From Octopus sinensis (Eukaryota): 64,000 nt of DNA. Position 1 is the first letter of the stretch; each line of letters starts with the position of its first letter. This document shows, one piece after another, positions 24,101 to 37,355 of the stretch. Location of the stretch: the NCBI RefSeq assembly GCF_006345805.1, contig NC_042997.1, positions 40,796,001 to 40,860,000 of the forward strand. Direction: 5' to 3'. The translations under genes and the position numbers were made by a program. The notes below the pieces were generated by a model. That model made no database searches. It was not told where the DNA came from and worked only from the letters and a program-made list of their open reading frames with translations.

Positions 24101-27100
24101 ATTCATTGATTCATTCATGAAAGTCTTATCACACAATTACTTATTTATTCTCTAAATTTTGTCTCAGATTGTCTGACGGAGAACTCTCATATTTTTCAAG
24201 TTTATTTTACTATTTGACTATTGTCAACACTTGCTGTCTCATTAAACTATGATTAGTAGACCCTCTTCCTAGTTCGAGGTGCTTAGTTCATGCATTTCCT
24301 TAACCCAACATATTCATTGATTCATTCATGAAAGTCTTATCACACAGTCACTTATTTATTCTCTAAATTTTGTCTCAGATTGTCTGACGGAGAACTCTCA
24401 GATTTTTCAAGTTTATTTTACTATTTGACTATTGTCAACACTTGCTGTCTCATTAAACTATGATTAGTAGACCCTCTTCCTAGTTCGAGGTGCTTAGTTC
24501 ATGCATTTCCTTAACCCAACATATTCATTGATTCATTCATGAAAGTCTTATCACACAGTCACTTATTTATTCTCTAAATTTTGTCTCAGATTGTCTGACG
24601 GAGAACTCTCATATTTTTCAAGTTTATTTTACTATTTGACTATTGTCAACACTTGCTGTCTCATTAACTATGATTAGTAGACCCTCTTCCTAGTTCGAGG
24701 TGCTTAGTTCATGCATTTCCTTAACCCAACATATTCATTGATTCATTAATGAAAGTCTTATCACACAATACTTATTTATTCTCTAAATTTTGTCTCAGAT
24801 TGTCTGACGGAGAACTCTCATATTTTTCAAGCTTATTTTACTATTTGACTATGTCAACACTTGCTGTCTCATTAAACTATGATTAGTAGACCCTCTTCCT
24901 AGTTCGAGGTGCTTAGTTCATGCATTTCCTTAACCCAACATATTCATTGATTCATTAATGAAAGTCTTATCACACAATTACTTATTTATTCTCTAAATTT
25001 TGTCTCAGATTGTCTGACGGAGAACTCTCATATTTTTCAAGTTTATTTTACTATTTGACTATTGTCAACACTTGCTGTCTCATTAAACTATGATTAGTAG
25101 ACCCTCTTCCTAGTCGAGGTGCTTAGTTCATGCATTTCCTTAACCCAACATATTCATTGATTCATTAATGAAAGTCTTATCACACAATTACTTATTTATT
25201 TCTAAATTTTGTCTCAGATTGTCTGGACGAAACTCTCAGATTTTCAAGTTTTATTTTTACTATTTGACTATTGTCAACACTGCTTGCTGTCTCATTAAAC
25301 TATGATTAGTAGACCCTCTTCCTAGTTCGAGGTGCTTAGTTCATGCATTTCCTTAACCCAACATATTCATTGATTCATTCATGAAAGTCTTATCACACAA
25401 TTACTTAATTCTCTAAAATTTGTCTCAGATTGTCTGACGGAGAACTCTCATATTTTTCAAGTTTATTTTACTATTTGACTATTGTCAACACTTGCTGTCT
25501 CATTAAACTATGATTAGTAGACCCTCTTCCTAGTTCGAGGTGCTTAGTTCATGCATTTCCTTAACCCAACATATTCATTGATTCATTCATGAAAGTCTTA
25601 TCACACAGTTACTTATTTATTCTCTAAATTTTGTCTCAGATTGTCTGACGGAGAACTCTCATATTTTTCAAGTTTATTTTACTATTGACTATTATCAACA
25701 CTTGCTGTCTCATTAAACTATGATTAGTAGACCCTCTTCCTAGTTCGAGGTGCTTAGTTCATGCATTTCCTTAACCAACATATTCATTGATTCATTCATG
25801 AAAGTCTTATCACACAATTACTTATTTATTCTCTAAATTTTGTCTCAGATTGTCTGACGGAGAACTCTCAGATTTTTCAAGTTTATTTTACTATTTGACT
25901 ATTATCAACACTTGCTGTCTCATTAAACTATGATTAGTAGACCCTCTTCCTAGTTCGAGGTGCTTAGTTCATGCATTTCCTTAACCCAACATATTCATTG
26001 ATTCATTCATGAAAGTCTTATCACACAATTACTTATTTATTCTCTAAATTTTGTCTCAGATTGTCTGACGGAGAACTCTCAGATTTTTCAGTTTATTTTA
26101 CTATTTGACTATTGTCAACACTTGCTGTCTCATTAAACTATGATTAGTAGACCCTCTTCCTAGTTCGAGGTGCTTAGTTCATGCATTTCCTTAACCCAAC
26201 ATATTCATTGATTCATTAATGAAAGTCTTATCACACAATTACTTATTTATTCTCTAAATTTTGTCTCAGATTGTCTGACGGAGAACTCTCATATTTTTCA
26301 AGTTTATTTTACTATTTGACTATTGTCAACACTTGCTGTCTCATTAACTATGATTAGTAGACCCTCTTCCTAGTTCGAGGTGCTTAGTTCATGCATTTCC
26401 TTAACCCAACATATTCATTGATTCATTCATGAAAGTCTTATCACACAATTACTTATTTATTCTCTAAATTTTGTCTCAGATTGTCTGACGGAGAACTCTC
26501 AGATTTTTCAAGTTTATTTTACTATTTGACTATTGTCAACACTTGCTGTCTCATTAAACTATGATTAGTAGACCCTCTTCCTAGTTCGAGGTGCTTAGTT
26601 CATGCATTTCCTTAACCCAACATATTCATTGATTCATTCATGAAAGTCTTATCACACAGTCACTTATTTATTCTCTAAATTTTGTCTCAGATTGTCTGAC
26701 GGAGAACTCTCAGATTTTTCAAGTTTATTTTACTATTTGACTATTGTCAACACTTGCTGTCTCATTAAACTATGATTAGTAGACCCTCTTCCTAGTTCGA
26801 GGTGCTTAGTTCATGCATTTCCTTAACCCAACATATTCATTGATTCATTCATGAAAGTCTTATCACACAATTACTTATTTATTCTCTAAATTTTGTCTTA
26901 GATTGTCTGACGGAGAACTCTCATATTTTTCAAGTTTATTTTACTATTTGACTATTATCAACACTTGCTGTCTCATTAAACTATGATTAGTAGACCCTCT
27001 TCCTAGTTCGAGGTGCTTAGTTCATGCATTTCCTTAACCCAACATATTCATTGATTCATTCATGAAAGTCTTATCACACAATACTTATTTATTCTCTAAA

Positions 27101-29290
27101 TTTTGTCTCAGATTGTCTGACGGAGAACTCTCAGATTTTTCAAGTTTATTTTACTATTTGACTATTATCAACACTTGCTGTCTCATTAAACTATGATTAG
27201 TAGACCCTCTTCCTAGTTCGAGGTGCTTAGTTCATGCATTTCCTTAACCCAACATATTCATTGATTCATTCATGAAAGTCTTATCACACAATTACTTATT
27301 TATTCTCTAAATTTTGTCTCAGATTGTCTGACGGAGAACTCTCAGATTTTTCAAGTTTATTTTACTATTTGACTATTGTCAACACTTGCTGTCTCATTAA
27401 ACTATGATTAGTAGACCTCTTCCTAGTTCGAGGTGCTTAGTTCATGCATTTCCTTAACCCAACATATTCATTGATTCATTAATGAAAGTCTTATCACACA
27501 ATTACTTATTTATTCTCTAAATTTTGTCTCAGATTGTCTGACGGAGAACTCTCATATTTTTCAAGTTTATTTTACTATTTGACTATTGTCAACACTTGCT
27601 GTCTCATTAAACTATGATTAGTAGACCCTCTTCCTAGTCCGAGGTGCTTAGTTCATGCATTTCCTTAACCCAACATATTCATTGATTCATTAATGAAAGT
27701 CTTATCACACAATTACTTATTTATTCTCTAAATTTTGTCTCAGATTGTCTGACGGAGAACTCTCAGATTTTTCAAGTTTATTTTACTATTTGACTATTGT
27801 CAACACTTGCTGTCTCATTAAACTATGATTAGTAGACCTCTTCCTAGTTCGAGGTGCTTAGTTCATGCATTTCCTTAACCCAACATATTCATTGATTCAT
27901 TCATGAAAGTCTTATCACACAATTACTTATTTATTCTCTAAATTTTGTCTCAGATTGTCTGACGGAGAACTCTCATATTTTTCAAGTTTATTTTACTATT
28001 TGACTATTGTCAACACTTGCTGTCTCATTAAACTATGATTAGTAGACCCTCTTCCTAGTTCGAGGTGCTTAGTTCATGCATTTCCTTAACCCAACATATT
28101 CATTGATTCATTCATGAAAGTCTTATCACACAGTCACTTATTTATTCTCTAAATTTTGTCTCAGATTGTCTGACGGAGAACTCTCAGATTTTTCAAGTTT
28201 ATTTTACTATTTGACTATTGTCAACACTTGCTGTCTCATTAAACTATGATTAGTAGACCCTCTTCCTAGTTCGAGGTGCTTAGTTCATGCATTTCCTTAA
28301 CCCAACATATTCATTGATTCATTCATGAAAGTCTTATCACACAGTCACTTATTTATTCTCTAAATTTTGTCTCAGATTGTCTGACGGAGAACTCTCATAT
28401 TTTTCAAGTTTATTTTACTATTTGACTATTGTCAACACTTGCTGTCTCATTAAACTATGATTAGTAGACCCTCTTCCTAGTTCGAGGTGCTTAGTTCATG
28501 CATTTCCTTAACCCAACATATTCATTGATTCATTAATGAAAGTCTTATCACACAATTACTTATTATTCTCTAAATTTTGTCTCAGATTGTCTGACGGAGA
28601 ACTCTCATATTTTTCAAGCTTATTTTACTATTTGACTATTGTCAACACTTGCTGTCTCATTAAACTATGATTAGTAGACCCTCTTCCTAGTTCGAGGTGC
28701 TTAGTTCATGCATTTCCTTAACCCAACATATTCATTGATTCATTAATGAAAGTCTTATCACACAATTACTTATTTATTCTCTAAATTTTGTCTCAGATTG
28801 TCTGACGGAGAACTCTCATATTTTTCAAGTTTATTTTACTATTTGACTATTGTCAACACTTGCTGTCTCATTAAACTATGATTAGTAGACCCTCTTCCTA
28901 GTTCGAGGTGCTTAGTTCATGCATTTCCTTAACCCAACATATTCATTGATTCATTCATGAAAGTCTTATCACACAGTCACTTATTTATTCTCTAAATTTT
29001 GTCTCAGATTGTCTGACGGAGAACTCTCAGATTTTTCAAGTTTATTTTACTATTTGACTATTGTCAACACTTGCTGTCTCATTAAACTATGATTAGTAGA
29101 CCCTCTTCCTAGTTCGAGGTGCTTAGTTCATGCATTTCCTTAACCCAACATATTCATTGATTCATTCATGAAAGTCTTATCACACAATTACTTATTTATT
29201 CTCTAAATTTTGTCTTAGATTGTCTGATGGAGAACTCTCATATTTTTCAAGTCTATCTTACTATTATTAACATTGCTGTCTCCTTAAACT
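21171..29290. repeat. Satellite DNA, ~211-bp monomer, ~38 copies head-to-tail
   Basis: Monomer starts (AAAGTCTTATCACAC) at 21171, 21382, 21593, 21802, 22013, 22224 and so on. Near-identical units with no spacers. Confidence 0.97.
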
Positions 29291-29649
29291 ATGCTAGGCA
29301 GATCCCCCCCAAAATATTTCCTCTCGCATGTTCTTGACCACTTCCCTCATCTCTCTATTTTACTCTGTCTGTCTCTCTCTTTTGATTACCACTCGCTTCA
29401 CCAAGACTTCCTCCACCGCCATCGCCCTATATAAACTAGCGCATGCACATGGACACCCACTCGCTTTCAATCACCTGCCAAAGAATAACGGATCGCTGAT
29501 GTACAAATAAGAATTTATCTAACCTCGTTTCGTCTACTTTACTATTTCTGTGCAGATCATTATCCTTTCCACTATTAGTTCTTTTCAATATTCTGTCTAG
29601 TTCAGTAACATGCCATCATGTAAATATAGTTTTCAATAGTCTCGTCTTC

Positions 29650-29880
29650 CCTGTTGTTCCCTTAAGATAACCTTAGTTTATGCATTTCTTTAACCCAACA
29701 TATTCATTGATTCATTCATCTATTAAAGTCTTATCCCACAATTACTTATTTATTCTCTAAATTTTGTCTTAGATTGTCTGACGGAGAACTCTCAGATTTT
29801 TCAAGTCTATTTTACTATTATCACCATTTGCTATCTCGTTAAACTATGATTAGCAGACCCTCTTCCTAGTCCGAGGTGCG
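29650..29880. repeat. Diverged outlying satellite monomer
   Basis: CCTTAGTTTATGCATTTC..TATTAAAGTCTTATCCCACAA..CCTAGTCCGAGGTGC, separated from the array by ~360 bp of unique sequence. Confidence 0.85.
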
Positions 29881-32610
29881 CCCGCTCTCCCACCCCATCC
29901 ACCTGTACCGGAAGTTCCTATCATTCCTATCCTTTCTCATCCCTGGGTTGCTTCCCATGAACACTGCAAAAGGCATTTCGCCATCCCCACCCCCAGTCTC
30001 GGTCTATCTCCTATGTAAGGTAATGTTCATATAGTGCAAAATATGAAGGGTAGTGTTATGCAGGTTGAACTGAAGGCTACTGTATTGCTTGGTCATGAAT
30101 ACTGCCAAATGCGAGTTTTCTTTTCAGGTACATGAAGCTACTGTCCCCTGCCCCAGGGTCTCATGGGCCCACACCTTCCACACCCTCAGGGTTCGCACTC
30201 TCAACATTGTCACACTGAAAGGTAGGTCTAGTGAGATCATTGAGATACTTGAACGGAGATGTGTCGATATGTGATGCATTCATGAAGTGGAGAGGAGGTT
30301 CTGCTAGGTTCCTCACAGGCAAAGAACACAGGTACACTGGGAACACCGACAGGGTCCAGGGCGTGGGTATACTTCTCACTGAAAAATGAGTAGATAAGGT
30401 AATTGTGGTAATCAGAGTATGCGACAGAATACTTAAGATTAGATTAGTGCTTCACCATGGGTTAGCAACCATTATATTGGGCTATGCCCTTCAGCCGGGG
30501 CTACCCAATGGACAGAAATACAGATTCTATGACATCCTACTGGAGACTACCTTGTTGACGAATGACAGGGACCTTTTCTTTTCTCTCTGGTGACTTCAAT
30601 GGACATGTTGGACACAATACAGGGGGCTTCCATGGAGGCTACGGTTATGGTTCCCACAAACAAGGAGGGAACCAAGCTGCTGGAGTTCTGCAATGCAAAG
30701 GATCTTATGGTTTGCAACACTAACTTCAGGAAACCTACCAGTCAACTACCAATCGGAAACCTACCAGTCAACTACCAAATTGACTACATCCTTGCCAGAA
30801 AAAGGGAAAGATGGCTGCTTATAAATGCCAAAACCTTCCCAGGTGAAGAATGTACCCCACAACATAGACTGGTACTTAGTGAATTTAGGATCAAGACTAA
30901 GTGGATGCCTAGAAGACAACCAGCATGGAGAAGAAGGGTCTAGAAGATATAAGGTCCTGTGAATGGACAGAGATTTAGAGACATATTACTCGAAGCTTTT
31001 GACGAAATAGAAGGAGATATAGCTTCACATGGTGTAGAAGACAACTTGAGGTTTCTACGGAACAACATGCTGAGAGCCACTGACCAGATCTGTGGATGGT
31101 GCAAAGTCCCCTCTCGACTCAAAATAACGTGGTGGTGGAACAATGTTGTAAACAGGAGTAAAAGAGAAAAGAGACAGGCTTGGAAGGACCTGAAGAACGG
31201 TGGAAGCAGGGAACTGTATCAGACTGCCAAAAGGAAAGCTAGGAGACAGGTTTATTTAGCCAGAGGGGAAGTAGATAATAAAAAATTTACCAATGTTCTG
31301 CGCCGTGAGGACCAAAGACTTGAGGTATTTCATGTTGCAAGACAGTGTATGAGAGAGAATCATCATGTGGTAGGAGAGAAATGTGTTCGCATAGATGATG
31401 GTTCTCTTGCACTAAACGAGGCTGCAAAGAGAGAGATTTGTAGATGCCACTATGAAAGGTTGATGAATAAAGAAACTGAATGGGAGAAAGAGAATCTGCC
31501 GAATGTCGACCCAACAGAGGAACCAGCTATTCAAGTTGACAGTATCTTGGTAGATAAAGAAATAAAAAGTATGAAGACAGGGAAAGCCCCCGGCCCATCA
31601 GGAATTACTACAGAGATGCCCAAAATATCTGGCAGTGTCGACATTAGCCTAGTCACCCGTATAGTTAACCAGGTGATACACGAAGGAGTCATACCCAATG
31701 ACTGGTGTAGCAGCATAATAGTCAACTGCTACAAAGGTAAAGGTGATGCTTTAGATACAAATAATTACAGAGGTATCAAGCTGTTGCATCAGGTAATGAA
31801 TATCACGGAGAGGGTCATAGCCCAACTAATTGAGAAAAGAGTCAGTTTGGATGAGATACAGTTTGGTTTCGTGCAAGGGAAAAGCACCACCAATGCCATA
31901 TTTCTGGTGAGACAGCTGCAAGTGAAATACATAGCCAAAGATAAAACTCTGTACCTGGCTTTCATTTACATGGAGAAAGCCTTTGACAGGGTCCCCCGAT
32001 CCCATATCTGGTGGTCAATGAGGAAACTAGGGATAGATGAATGGTTAGTGAGAGCCATGCAAGCCACGTACAGGGACGCTGTCAGTAAAGTGAAGGTTGG
32101 CAACGAGTACAGTGAAGAATTCTGGGTAGAGGTAGGGGTCCACCAAGGTTCAGTCCTCAGTCTGCTCCTATTTATCATAGTCCTCCAGTCAATAATGGGG
32201 GAATTTAAGACAGGATGCCCCTGGGAGCTCCTCTATGCTGATGACCTTGTTCTAAATGCTGTCACTATCAGAACTAGAGGAGAAGTTTCAAGTGTGGAAA
32301 CATGGATTAGAATCGAAGGGCCTTAGAGTCAACCTAGCTAAAACAAAAGTCCTAATAAGTAGGAATGCAGGCAAACCACAAATCCCTTCAGGTAGATGGC
32401 CCTGTTCGATCTGTAGTAGAGGCACAGGTAGAAACTCTATAAGATGTACCTAGTGTAAGCTATGGACACATAAGAGGTGCAGCAATATCGAAGGAAGGCT
32501 AACTGGGAGGATAGCTTTTGTATGTGGCAGATGCTCGGGAGCTATAAATAAAACTGAAATTGTGCAGAGAACAACTTCTGCCACATTCCAGGGAGAAAAA
32601 CTAGAAGTAG
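29881..32610 (+). mobile_element. RTE-clade LINE (family 2), APE + RT, frameshifted and 3'-truncated
   Basis: ORFs 30405-30593, 30590-30943 (IDYIL, PQHRLV) and 30959-32326 (GKAPGPSGI, YKGKGD, FGFVQGKST, GVHQGSVLS, LLYADD). Paralogous to 48405-51885 and 62075-64000. Confidence 0.92.
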
Positions 32611-32734
32611 TTGATAGTAACACTTCCCCCCACCCCTAACCCTAAAACAGATTGAAATGCAATAGATCGATACTAGGATCATAATTATGGGTGACAATTT
32701 CATAAGACACCACTAGAACAAACATAGATCCAAG

Positions 32735-32890
32735 TGTGGTTGAGAAGCTAACTTCCTGATCACGTGGTTTCAGGTTCAATTCCACTCACAGCATTTTGGA
32801 CAAGTGTCTTCTGTTATAGGTCAGTGGTTGGCCAAAGCCTTGGGAGTGGATTTCGTTGATAGAAACCGAAAGAAGCTCATCATTTATACA
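32735..32890 (+). mobile_element. Degraded SINE head
   Basis: GTGTGGTTGAGAAGCTAACTTCC..GGTTTCAGGTTCAATTCCACT..GGACAAGTGTCTTCT matches the major SINE head. Confidence 0.6.
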
Positions 32891-33996
32891 TACATATATA
32901 CTTTTTTATAAAAAGTGTATACAGCTCATTGGAGCACTTCTATTTCCAGTCCGTTGTATATCTTGAGTGTTGTTGTCACTCAAGATATAACCTTATATTC
33001 TGTAATACATACATATATATATATGTGTGTGTGTGAGGGTGAGTAGCCAGGTGTTGACAGCACACGATGGTTGTAAATGAACATCACCATCACACAAGTG
33101 ATGTTGTGTCATTTCCAGTATTCCACGAAAAACATGTCTGATAGTGGAGAAAGACCCCCTTTTGTCCCCTCTGTGGGTAGTAAAGAAAAATAAAAAAAAA
33201 AGGAATGAGACGGCATTCGGTAAATTCCGTAAATTCACTGAACGAACGCATGGCAGAGACGTAAAGGGACCCGTCCACCCCTTTAGATAAAAAAAAAAAA
33301 TTGTTTTTATGGAATCCCACGTTTTAGGCTACGGAGATTTCCGATTTTGAAAAGAAAAACTGTTTGTAAAATTTCAATTAAAAAAAAGACCGAAAAAAAA
33401 AGGACCCCCGGAGATTACCGCAACCCGTTCCGTTGGTCCCGAATCAGAAGATAGTCGAAGTATGTCGCTGAGTCATTTGGGCGATATGAAGTGGTCTGGC
33501 GTTGACGGATCTATGTTTCGAGAAATTTATGGATTTACAGCGAAGAAAAGATTCCCAGAATTTCTTATAACATTTCTCAAACCCTTTTGCCCAAGTTTAT
33601 TCCCTGCTCAATTCCCAACGGACGTTTCAGTCGTTAAAAAAAAACACTTTCATTTCACTTTGTCACACATTACTCTGAAGGAAATTACTCTGAAAGAAAC
33701 CTTTGCAGAAAAGAAGGTCTGTAGATTCTTCCATATTTCTTTCATTATTGTGCTATCGCAGTTTTGTGAGATTGGCTGTTATTTCTAGCATAATTCCTCT
33801 GTTCATTTTCAGGCAGCGGGATGAAGGAGGGTTGCCAACTTTGTTCAGCTACAATAAAGGACATAAAAAAAACTTTATTGATATTTAAGTGCACAATTTC
33901 GATTCAGTTCCTAGAGATGCCAATATTTTAATATTACGTTCGTCTCTCACCTAAATGTAAATACAAAGACAAGAACGAGAAGACATATATTTTACT

Positions 33997-36295
33997 TTGA
34001 ACAAAAGATTCTAACCTTTAAAACTATTTTTGCCTTTGTTTTTTGCTGCCTTCATAAAATTGGTATCATCTTTGATGTTTTTCAATCAATTATCTTTTAT
34101 GTTTAAATATATGAGAGGTTCGTTTTCGATTCCGAAGAGCATCGGTTCCTTTCATCTCGCCATTTAGATGACATGAAACCCAAAAAAGCTCTCACAAAAA
34201 TTTTACCTTGAACAAAAGATTCTAACCTTTAAACTATTTTTGCCTTGTTTTTTTTGCTGCCTTCATAAAATTGGTATCATCTTTGATGTCTTTCAATCAA
34301 TTATCTTTTATGTTTAAATATATGAGAGGTTCGTTTTCGATTCCGAAGAGCATCGGTTCCTTTCATCTCGCCATTTAGATGACATGAAACTCAAGAAAAG
34401 TCTCACAAAAATTTTACCTTGATCAAAAGATTCTAACCTTTAAAACTATTTTTGCCTTGTTTTTTTTGCTGCCTTCATAAAATTGGTATCATCTTTGATG
34501 TTTTTCAATCAAATATCTTTTATGTTTAAATATATGAGAGGTTCGTTTTCGATTCCGAAGAGCATCGGTTCCTTTCATCTCGCCATTTAGATGACATGAA
34601 ACCCAAAAAAGCTCTCACAAAAATTTTACCTTGAACAAAAGATTCTAACCTTTAAACTATTTTTGCCTTGTTTTTTTTGCTGCCTTCATAAAATTGGTAT
34701 CATCTTTGATGTCTTTCAATCAATTATCTTTTATGTTTAAATATATGAGAGGTTCGTTTTCGATTCCGAAGAGCATCGGTTCCTTTCATCTCGCATTTAG
34801 ATGACATGAAACTCAAGAAAAGTCTCACAAAAATTTTACTTGATCAAAAGATTCTAACCTTTAAACTATTTTTGCCTTGTTTTTTTGCTGCCATAAAATT
34901 GGTATCATCTTTGATGTTTTTCAATCAATATCTTTTATGTTTAAATATATGAGAGGTTCGTTTTCGATTCCGAAGAGCATCTCGGTTCCTTTCATCTCGC
35001 CATTTAGATGACATGAAACTCAAGAAAAGTCTCACAAAAATTTTACCTTGATCAAAAGATTCTAACTTTAAAACTAAAACTTTTTGCCTTGTTTTTTTTG
35101 CTGCCTTCATAAAATTGGTATCATCTTTGATGTTTTTCAATCAAATATCTTTTATGTTTAAATATATGAGAGGTTCGTTTTCGATTCCGAAGAGCATCGG
35201 TTCCTTTCATCTCGCCATTTAGATGACATGAAACTCAAGAAAAGTCTCACAAAAATTTTACCTTGAACAAAAGATTCTAACCTTAAACTATTTTTGCCTG
35301 TTTTTTTTGCTGCCTTCATAAATTGGTATCATCTTTGATGTTTTTCAATCAAATATCTTTTATGTTTAAATATATGAGAGGTTCGTTTTCGATTCCGAAG
35401 AGCATCGGTTCCTTTCATCTCGCCATTTAGATGACATGAAACTCAAGAAAAGTCTCACAAAAATTTTACCTTGATCAAAAGATTCTAACCTTTAAAACTA
35501 TTTTTGCCTTGTTTTTTTTGCTGCCTTCATAAAATTGGTATCATCTTTGATGTCTTTCAATCAATTATCTTTTATGTTTAAATATATGAGAGGTTCGTTT
35601 TCGATTCCGAAGAGCATCGGTTCCTTTCATCTCGCCATTTAGATGACATGAAACTCAAGAAAAGTCTCACAAAAATTTTACCTTGATCAAAAGATTCTAA
35701 CCTTTAAAACTATTTTTGCCTTGTTTTTTTTGCTGCCTTCATAAAATTGGTATCATCTTTGATGTCTTTCAATCAATTATCTTTTATGTTTAAATATATG
35801 AGAGGTTCGTTTTCGATTCCGAAGAGCATCGGTTCCTTTCATCTCGCCATTTAGATGACATGAACTCAAAAAAGCTCTCACAAAAATTTTACCTTGATCA
35901 AAAGATTCTAACCTTTAAAACTATTTTTGCCTTGTTTTTTTTGCTGCCTTCATAAAATTGGTATCATCTTTGATGTCTTTCAATCAATTATCTTTTATGT
36001 TTAAATATATGAGAGGTTCGTTTTCGATTCCGAAGAGCATCGGTTCCTTTCATCTCGCCATTTAGATGACATGAAACCCAAAAAAGCTCTCACAAAAATT
36101 TTACCTTGATCAAAAGATTCTAACCTTTAAAATATTTTTGCCTTAGCTTTTTGCTGCCTTCATAAATTGGTATCATCTTTGATGTTTTTCAATCAATTAT
36201 CTTTTATGTTTAAATATATGAGAGGTTCATTTTCGATTCCGAAGAGCATCGGTTCCTTTCATCTCGCCATTTAGATGACACGAAACTCAAAAACT
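33997..36295. repeat. Tandem array, ~211-bp monomer, ~11 copies, inside the hAT element
   Basis: Unit starts (TTGAACAAAAGATTC / TTGATCAAAAGATTC) at 33997, 34208, 34419, 34631, 34840 ... 36105. The minus strand encodes FMSSKWRDERNR..KNIKDDTNFMKAAKK. Confidence 0.95.
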
Positions 36296-37141
36296 CTCTC
36301 TCGCAATAAGATGATGTTCCAGGAAAGTACAAAGGAAACTGTTTTGAAAACATTGATAGACTTAAAGTCCATAGATTTCAAAATAAAATACCACTTTTTG
36401 CATGTTGTTTTTGAGTTTATGAAGAATTCAGAGCTTTTGTCGAAGTTTCTTTGAATTAATACTTCATCAGAAAGTTCATCGTCTATAAGCTTTCCTTCTA
36501 GCTTCAAATGTTCGGTAGTACTTCTACAGATTACCAAAACTTTTGGAATAAATGGCCTAAGGAACTTAGATTTCATAATTTGCCAAATGTTGAATTTTCA
36601 TCGAAATCTATTCTTTTACCCAAATTTTTGATGGCAGAATAAAGAGAAAATTTAAAGTCTTCAACTTTCTTTCGAACCTCATCAATTTTTCAATTGTTCA
36701 TCTTGAAAGCCGAAAAAATTCTTTTGTATATCGATTTATTGATTCTTAAATCTGTCCTGATATCGAAAATATCTACTGCTGTACTTTCAGGGTTTTTTCA
36801 AGTTCTTTATTGATAATTTGTATACCCCCATTACATGTTGCGAAAACATCAGATAGAGTTCAATAATTTGGAGGGTATTTCTGTGGAATCCCCGTCAATG
36901 GAAAGAAGTTTATATAATTCTTTAGAGGAATCAGTTCCTAAGAAAAATAGGAACTCAAGGCTTTCCCAGAAAGTAAAATTCTTTCAATACATGCCTGAAG
37001 TGATAACCATCTGGTAGGTACATGCCGAAGAATCTCTCTATATCCTGTATCTGCAAATAAATGAAAGTCTTTAAGAGTTTCAGTTCTTTTTGCCGATACT
37101 GAAAAATGCCCAGATATCTTTAGGATAATATTTTCTACATT

Positions 37142-37355
37142 ACCATAAGTCGGCGAGCTGGCAGAACCGTTAGCATGCCGGGCGAAATGCGTAGCCGTAT
37201 TTCGTCTGCCGCTACGTTCTGAGTTCAAATTCCGCCGAGGTCGACTTTGCCTTTCATCCTTTCGGGGTCGATTAAATAAGTACCAGTTACGCACAGGGGT
37301 CGATATAATCGACTTAATCCGTTTGTCTATCCCCTTGTGGGTAGTAAAGAAACAG
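37142..37355 (+). mobile_element. SINE inserted into the hAT transposase, 14-bp TSD
   Basis: ATATTTTCTACATT at 37128-37141 and 37356-37369 flanks GGCGAGCTGGCAGAACCGTTAGC...GAGTTCAAATTCCGCC...GGGTAGTAAAGAAA. Confidence 0.92.

Noticed and set aside
21171-29290. CRISPR array
   Set aside because: Monomers are ~211 bp and contiguous with no unique spacers. There are no cas genes, and the context is eukaryotic.
32957-32993. Hairpin ATATCTTGAGTG-TTGTTGT-CACTCAAGATAT as a pre-miRNA or terminator
   Set aside because: The stem is only ~12-13 bp in repeat-rich DNA, with no supporting context. It is more likely a MITE remnant.
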